From Pseudomonadota bacterium (GTDB lineage Bacteria; Pseudomonadota; Gammaproteobacteria; Burkholderiales; Burkholderiaceae_A): 33,064 nt of DNA. Numbering within the stretch: position 1 is the stretch's first letter; the number at the start of each line of letters is the position of its first letter. The notes under the pieces are model-generated. The model had not been told where the DNA came from. It searched no databases and was given only the letters and a program-made list of their open reading frames with translations. Location: contig JBDLRC010000103.1 of NCBI GenBank assembly GCA_039800265.1, positions 1 through 33,064 on the forward strand. Direction: 5' to 3'. The position numbers and the translations under genes are program-made. This document shows, in pieces, positions 27,456 to 33,064 of the stretch.

Positions 27456-27884
27456 TTGGCAGTTCCGGTCACGTTTTCGGGCATCACCGCGCTTAGCCTA
27501 GATGCGAAGGGTCGCATGACGATTCCTACGCGTTACCGTGAGGCATTGAATGCGCAGTCCAATGGCGCGCTCGCCTTGGTCGAGAGTGATGACGGCTGCC
27601 TGCTGCTGATGGCACAGCGGCTGTGGGATGAAAAAGTGGCGACATTTTCATCGGACGAGGACGACACCGAACGTCGTCGATTCTGGTTGGGTCTGAGCGA
27701 TACGCCCGAGATGGATAACCAGGGCCGTGTGCTGTTGAATCCTGTATTGCGTGATGGTGCACATATCCAGCGTGATGTGATTTTGTTGGGTGTTGGAGCG
27801 CACTTTGAAATTTGGGATTCCGCAACGTTGGGATCTCATAAACAAGCCGTTCGCCAGCGTAAGCGCGGCGGGGGTGCAACGTGA
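27456..27884 (+). CDS. mraZ: Division/cell wall cluster transcriptional regulator
   Basis: Two DxxGR motifs (LDAKGR, MDNQGR), HFEIWD; TTG start after GGGGAG. Confidence 0.92.
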   Translation: MAVPVTFSGITALSLDAKGRMTIPTRYREALNAQSNGALALVESDDGCLLLMAQRLWDEKVATFSSDEDDTERRRFWLGLSDTPEMDNQGRVLLNPVLRDGAHIQRDVILLGVGAHFEIWDSATLGSHKQAVRQRKRGGGAT

Positions 27885-28945
27885 CCGTTTGCTCGGCGCG
27901 TCAACGTCACCCTGAACGTACGAATTCTTTGAATAACGCTCCGCATCACACGGTGTTGCTTCAGGAGGCCGTTGATGCGTTACGCATCGTTCCCAATGGC
28001 ACCTACATCGATGCGACCTTTGGCCGTGGCGGCCACAGCATGCTCATCTTGCAGGCGTTAGGACCGCAGGGCCGTCTGATTGCGTTAGACCGCGATCCGG
28101 AAGCGGTTGCAGCTGCAAATGCGTCGATTTCGGATGCTCGTTTTGAAATCATCCATGCGCCATTCAGTGAGCTGAGAGAGCAGCTGGCCTGCCGAGGGGT
28201 TGTTCAGATTGATGGCCTTCTGGCGGACTTGGGCGTTTCGTCACCTCAGCTGGATCAGGCATCACGCGGCTTTAGTTTCCGTGCGGATGGCCCGCTGGAT
28301 ATGCGCATGGATCCTACACGTGGCATTCCGGTCTCGGTGTGGATTGCACGGGCGAGCAGTGATGATTTACGAAAGGTGATCTCTGACTATGGCGAAGAAC
28401 GGTTTGCTGTTCCGATTGCAGACGCGATTGCAACTCGCTGCGCAGCAGCGCACAACGGCGAAGCGCCGCCTCTGCAGACCACCGGCGCGCTTGCCGACCT
28501 CGTGGCCGAGACCCTTCGCCGATGTGGGGCGCGCCGCGAGCCCGGACAGCACCCGGCCACTCGGACATTTCAGGCTCTACGGATTTACATCAACCATGAA
28601 ATTGAGGAACTCTCGGCGCTGCTTCAGACCGCGGTCGAACTCGTGCGCGAGTCTGGGCGCATTGCGATCATCAGTTTTCACTCGCTCGAGGATCGCACGG
28701 TTAAACATTTCTTTCGGAGCCGAGCTGAGCAGGTAAGCAGCGTTCGGCCACGTGGTGTAGGCCGCGGACAGCATGCGTTGGCGACGTTTCTGTCTGAGCA
28801 ACGTCGCGAGTCCTCTGCACAGCCACGATTCCGCTTGGTGTCGCGCCTTCGACCCGGCGCTGCCGAGGTGGCCCGTAATCCCCGTGCCCGCTCTGCGACG
28901 CTGCGGGTGATGGAGCGTGTTGGACCTCAGGAGGCCAGGCCATGA
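27881..28945 (+). CDS. rsmH: 16S rRNA m4C1402 methyltransferase
   Basis: DATFGRGGHS, DLGVSSPQLD, PLDMRMD, HPATRTFQALRI, SFHSLEDR, NPRARSA. Confidence 0.97.
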   Translation: MTVCSARQRHPERTNSLNNAPHHTVLLQEAVDALRIVPNGTYIDATFGRGGHSMLILQALGPQGRLIALDRDPEAVAAANASISDARFEIIHAPFSELREQLACRGVVQIDGLLADLGVSSPQLDQASRGFSFRADGPLDMRMDPTRGIPVSVWIARASSDDLRKVISDYGEERFAVPIADAIATRCAAAHNGEAPPLQTTGALADLVAETLRRCGARREPGQHPATRTFQALRIYINHEIEELSALLQTAVELVRESGRIAIISFHSLEDRTVKHFFRSRAEQVSSVRPRGVGRGQHALATFLSEQRRESSAQPRFRLVSRLRPGAAEVARNPRARSATLRVMERVGPQEARP

Positions 28946-29235
28946 CGCGTCGCCAATGGGGGCTGGTGGCATTGATTACCGTGTCTGCGCTTGCTTTGGT
29001 CAACGCCCGTTATCACGAGCGTCGGCTCTACACGCAGATGGAGCGCGTGGAGCGCATGAGTCAGAAGCTGGATTCTGATATCGAAGTGCTGCAGGTGGAA
29101 CTGACGGCGCTGCGTAACCCTGGGCGTATTGATACTGCTGCACGCCGTGATCTGAAAATGGTCCCGTTGCGGCCAACCGAAACGCTCTATTACCTGCCCG
29201 GATCATCGGGTGCACAGGACAAGCGATCACCATGA
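28942..29235 (+). CDS. ftsL: Cell division protein FtsL
   Basis: Single TM (SALALV), coiled coil, RID..AR..LKM; between rsmH and ftsI. Confidence 0.88.
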   Translation: MTRRQWGLVALITVSALALVNARYHERRLYTQMERVERMSQKLDSDIEVLQVELTALRNPGRIDTAARRDLKMVPLRPTETLYYLPGSSGAQDKRSP

Positions 29236-31073
29236 TTCAGCGCACCAGTGCCCTGCCACACCGTGCTCAGTCGAATGCTGTGGGCCGTTCGGCCACGCCG
29301 GTTTTGACGTGGCGTGCGACCCAGGGCCGCTCGAAGTTTGTGCTCGGATTGTTGATGCTTGGTTTTCTGGCGGTGGTGGTGCGTGCATTTATTTTGCAAT
29401 TGGTGAATGCCGATCAATGGCAAAGCCGGGCTGAAAAACGGTTTGAGCGCCCACGAGAAATTCCTGCGAATCGTGGCCGTGTGCTTGATCGAAACGGTGA
29501 AGTTATTGCGTCAAGCGTTCAAGAGCAGCGACTCGGCATCGTTCCTCAGCGGTTTTTCAGGGAACAGATCAAGCCGGAAGAGAAAAAATCAGAGTCACAA
29601 AAAGCCCAGGCGCAACGTGCTGCCCGCCGTAAGGCGGAGGAGCGAAAAATCGAAGAGCTCGCAGCGATTGTGGGCATGAAATCGTCCGAAGTGCGGTCAC
29701 GCATTCAGGGCGCTAAAAAGTTCTTTTGGTTGGCTAAAGGCCTGTCGATTGAGCAGTCGGATCGTATCTCCCGTCTTAACATTGACGGCGTGGTGTTAGA
29801 GGTCGACTACCGCCGCTACTACCCCTATGGCGATGCGTTCGCGCATATCGTGGGCTTCACCAACGCTGATGAACAGGGTGCAGAGGGCCTGGAGGCTATC
29901 TACAACAAAGGCCTTTCGGGCCGCCCTGGCCAGGCCCAAGTGGTGGTGGATCGGCGGGGTGCTGCTGTTGGGGCCAAATTGATTTCAGATGCTACACACG
30001 GCCAAGATCTGCAGCTGTCGCTGGATGCGAGCCTGCAGACCATTGTGCATAACGCTCTGAAATCCGCCATGGCCGAACATCGGGCGAAGGCGGCATCTGC
30101 TGTGGTGATCGATGTGCAGACCGGCGAAGTGTTGGCGCTGGCCAATGAACCCTCATTCGATCCGAATAACCGCAAACGATTAAATCCTGAGACGGTTCGC
30201 AATCGTGCGGTTACGGATTCCTTCGAGCCTGGCTCGACCATGAAATCATTTTCGATTGCGGCCGCTCTTGAACTTGGCCGCGTCTCAACAGGCACGGAGA
30301 TTCAGACCGCGCCCGGAAAACTCACCATTGGCAATCGCACGATCGGGGATTCCCATCCTCATGGTCTGTTGACCGTTTCCGAGGTGCTGGCCAAGTCAAG
30401 CAATGTCGGTACGGTAAAGGTTGCGCAAAAGCTTTCATCCAAAGAACTTTACGACCTCTACACCGCAGCGGGATTTGGCCGCATCCCCGATGTGGGGCTT
30501 AACGGTGCGACCTCGGGCCGACTGCGCAATCCCGAGAAGTGGGTGCCGATTGATCAGGCCACCATCTCGTACGGCCACGGTGTGTCGGTCTCATTACTTC
30601 AGTTGGCCCGCGCGTATACGATCTTTGCACGCGACGGTGATCTGGTGCCGATTTCGTTTGTGCCGCAGCCCGGCCCGGTTGCGGGTATCCCTGTGTTGTC
30701 ACCGGTGACCGCCCAGGCCGTACGTGCCATGTTGGAGCAGGCCACCACACCGGCAGGTACCGCGCCGCTTGCGCAGGTGCCTGGATTCCGGGTGGCCGGC
30801 AAGACCGGCACCGCGCACAAGCCCGAACGCGGTGGCTATGCAAAGAACAAATACGTTGCATCCTTTGTGGGGTTTGCACCTGCCGAAAAGCCAAAGTTCG
30901 TGATTGCGGTGATGGTGGATGAACCCAGTGCAGGTAAACACTACGGTGGGCAGGTTGCTGCGCCGGTGTTTTCTCAGATTGCGAATGATGCACTTCGTCG
31001 TTCGCAGATCTCTCCTAATCCGAGTCTGCGCGTGTTGCCGGCGATGGCGATGATCGCCGAGGGAACCCAGTGA
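29232..31073 (+). CDS. ftsI: Peptidoglycan transpeptidase PBP3
   Basis: RG..LDRNG, RRYYP.G, EPGSTMK (SxxK), KSSN (SxN), GKTGTA (KTG). Confidence 0.97.
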   Translation: MIQRTSALPHRAQSNAVGRSATPVLTWRATQGRSKFVLGLLMLGFLAVVVRAFILQLVNADQWQSRAEKRFERPREIPANRGRVLDRNGEVIASSVQEQRLGIVPQRFFREQIKPEEKKSESQKAQAQRAARRKAEERKIEELAAIVGMKSSEVRSRIQGAKKFFWLAKGLSIEQSDRISRLNIDGVVLEVDYRRYYPYGDAFAHIVGFTNADEQGAEGLEAIYNKGLSGRPGQAQVVVDRRGAAVGAKLISDATHGQDLQLSLDASLQTIVHNALKSAMAEHRAKAASAVVIDVQTGEVLALANEPSFDPNNRKRLNPETVRNRAVTDSFEPGSTMKSFSIAAALELGRVSTGTEIQTAPGKLTIGNRTIGDSHPHGLLTVSEVLAKSSNVGTVKVAQKLSSKELYDLYTAAGFGRIPDVGLNGATSGRLRNPEKWVPIDQATISYGHGVSVSLLQLARAYTIFARDGDLVPISFVPQPGPVAGIPVLSPVTAQAVRAMLEQATTPAGTAPLAQVPGFRVAGKTGTAHKPERGGYAKNKYVASFVGFAPAEKPKFVIAVMVDEPSAGKHYGGQVAAPVFSQIANDALRRSQISPNPSLRVLPAMAMIAEGTQ

Positions 31074-32677
31074 GCCCATCTCTGGTCAAGCCCCTCCATC
31101 CGCTCTCGCTTCGTGAGCAGATTGCTGATCAGGCGGCGCAATGGCTCGCCGATCATTTGAGCCGTGGTGCAAATCTCTGGTCGGACAGCCGCCGTGTGAT
31201 GCCCGGAGATGGGTTTCTTGCCCGATCCGGTCGGCAGGGCACTGCTCAGGAATTTGCAACGCAAGCAATCCATGCGGGTGCCAGCGCAGTGGTCATCGAC
31301 GGCGGTGACGAGGTGGATGCGATCGAGTCTATCGCGGCAGCCGTGCCCATGATTCGCGTGCCGAAGCTAGCGTCACGCCTCGGCATGATTGCATCTGCGT
31401 TTTACGGCCGACCAAGTATGTCGATGCAGATCATCGCTGTGACGGGTACCAATGGAAAATCAACGGTCACCACCGCACTTGCGCACGCCCTTGCACGCAG
31501 CGGTATTGCAACGGCGGCGGTGGGTACGCTGGGTGTGGGTGTCTTTCCGGCCGGCTGTGATGCCTCGTGCATGCCGATCTGGGACACAGAGTCCACTGCG
31601 GGTTTGACCACTCCCGATCCAGTGGATCTCCAGCGTGTGCTGTATCACTTGCGCACGCGGGGTGTATCGGCGGTGGCTTTAGAGGCGTCGTCGATTGGTC
31701 TGATGCAGGGCCGTCTTCAGGGCTGCGCGATCAAAGTGGCGGCATTTACGAATCTAAGCCATGACCATTTGGACATCCATGGGTCGATGCAGGCCTATGC
31801 ACAAGCCAAGGCCCTTTTGTTTGCAGCCCCAAGCCTTGGGGCGATGGTGGTCAATACCGATGATGATTACGCCAACATCATGTGGCAGGCGCATGAATCC
31901 AATGTGGATCGGATTGCAGTGGGGCAGCATGCACCGCGTAATGCACACGTTCACCTGTGCCTGAAGCAGGCGACCCCTTCCTTGTCGGGCTGGGACATGA
32001 TTCTCTCGGGCACCGGTGAGGCTGTGGATTTATCAGGCCCCGTGCACCTGCCGGTGGTGGGCCGACACAACGTGGACAACGCGATGATTGTGGCGGGATG
32101 TCTGCTTGCCATGAGCATCGACAGCAGTGTCGTGCGCGAGCGCCTAAGCGAGTTTCAGCTGCCCCCAGGGCGTCTGCAGATGATCGTGCGCTCGAAGGGT
32201 CCTTGGGCCTGCGTGGACTATGCCCATTCACCGGATGCCTTGCAGCGCGTGCTGGAGGCCCTTCGGCCATTGGTGCGTGAGCGCGGCGGTGAGTTGATAT
32301 GTATTTTTGGTTGTGGCGGAGATCGTGATGCCGCAAAGCGTCCCGCAATGGGCCGCATTGCTGTCGAGTACGCCGATCGGGTGGTGATGACCTCGGATAA
32401 CCCCCGTCACGAATCTGCAGAGGACATTCTTGATCAGATCGCATCAGGTGTTCCTGAGGGCGAGCGCCATCGTGTGATGCGTCAGTCCGATCGGGCGTTG
32501 GCGATTGCACAAGCGATTGGCCGTGCGCAGCCGCACGATGTTGTAGTGATTGCCGGTAAAGGCCACGAGCAGACGCAGACCATCGGCAGCGAACATCTGT
32601 TGTTCAGCGATGCAGACCATGCGTTGCGGGCGATCGAGGGCTGGATTGCAGCCCGAGCGGGAGTCGTCCATGCCTAA
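31070..32677 (+). CDS. murE: UDP-MurNAc-dipeptide:meso-DAP ligase
   Basis: VTGTNGKST, LTTPD, EASS, NLSHDHLD.H, VDYAH, GCGGDRD..KR, DNPR (DAP-specific), AGKGHE. Confidence 0.96.
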   Translation: MSPSLVKPLHPLSLREQIADQAAQWLADHLSRGANLWSDSRRVMPGDGFLARSGRQGTAQEFATQAIHAGASAVVIDGGDEVDAIESIAAAVPMIRVPKLASRLGMIASAFYGRPSMSMQIIAVTGTNGKSTVTTALAHALARSGIATAAVGTLGVGVFPAGCDASCMPIWDTESTAGLTTPDPVDLQRVLYHLRTRGVSAVALEASSIGLMQGRLQGCAIKVAAFTNLSHDHLDIHGSMQAYAQAKALLFAAPSLGAMVVNTDDDYANIMWQAHESNVDRIAVGQHAPRNAHVHLCLKQATPSLSGWDMILSGTGEAVDLSGPVHLPVVGRHNVDNAMIVAGCLLAMSIDSSVVRERLSEFQLPPGRLQMIVRSKGPWACVDYAHSPDALQRVLEALRPLVRERGGELICIFGCGGDRDAAKRPAMGRIAVEYADRVVMTSDNPRHESAEDILDQIASGVPEGERHRVMRQSDRALAIAQAIGRAQPHDVVVIAGKGHEQTQTIGSEHLLFSDADHALRAIEGWIAARAGVVHA

Positions 32678-33064
32678 TCTGGATACGTTTCTGTCCGTTG
32701 TGACGGCCCACGAGATCCTGCGTCATCCAGCACTGCCGGTATCGTTTACTTCAGTAAGCACCGATTCCCGCTCACTGCAGCCCGGCGCACTGTTCTTCGC
32801 GCTGAGCGGGCCAAATTTTGACGGCGGGCTGTTTGTGCAGGCCGCTGCCCAAAAGGGTGCGGCCGCTGCTGTAGTCGAGCAGATTCTTCCGCAGCATCGT
32901 GGACTCACGATCCCGATCATTGGTGTGCGCAACGTTCTGGATGCATTAACACAATGGGCGATGCATTGGCGTTCGCAATGGACAGGCCGGGTTACGGCTG
33001 TATGCGGCAGCAATGGCAAGACCACGGTCAAGCAGATGGTGTCGGCAATTTTTGAAGAACACTA
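32670..33064 (+). CDS. murF: UDP-MurNAc-tripeptide:D-Ala-D-Ala ligase, N-terminal part (runs off the window)
   Basis: ATG 32670 reads MPNLD...VSTDSRSLQPGALFFALSGPNFDG...AVCGSNGKTTVKQM. Confidence 0.93.
   Translation, partial: MPNLDTFLSVVTAHEILRHPALPVSFTSVSTDSRSLQPGALFFALSGPNFDGGLFVQAAAQKGAAAAVVEQILPQHRGLTIPIIGVRNVLDALTQWAMHWRSQWTGRVTAVCGSNGKTTVKQMVSAIFEEH

Noticed and set aside
1-33064. CRISPR arrays, IS elements, integrases, prophage structural genes, toxin-antitoxin or defence systems
   Set aside because: None recognised; intergenic gaps are short and the nucleases present sit in housekeeping context

Overview
Core-chromosome segment of a GC-rich Betaproteobacterium (Burkholderiales-like gene order and proteins). 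Left to right: the 3' end of a PLP aminotransferase; a DNA-repair-rich block (DEDDh exonuclease/GIY-YIG Cho-like fusion, an orphan gene, a Tat-exported histidine phosphatase, uvrA, an MFS transporter, ssb); fmdB-like/DUF502/aspS/membrane protein/nudB/clsB/DUF429/ATM1-type ABC exporter; a gltI-racemase-gltJKL-tartrate dehydrogenase-glycerate kinase-pyrC-DUF3025 run; an orphan hybrid sensor kinase on the minus strand; rnpB; DUF1178; and the start of the dcw cluster (mraZ-rsmH-ftsL-ftsI-murE-murF). I found no CRISPR array, transposase, integrase or defence island, and no complete new multi-gene system. The best leads are: (1) the ssb at the canonical uvrA-MFS-ssb locus looks phage-type, suggesting in situ displacement, and is flanked by structured leaders; (2) a membrane protein resembling MenA/UbiA but lacking catalytic motifs; (3) an Asp/Glu racemase wedged into gltIJKL; (4) an RNase P RNA with a compensated change in the catalytic P4 helix; (5) the exonuclease-Cho fusion next to uvrA. 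All family assignments come from motif recognition by eye, not from database searches.
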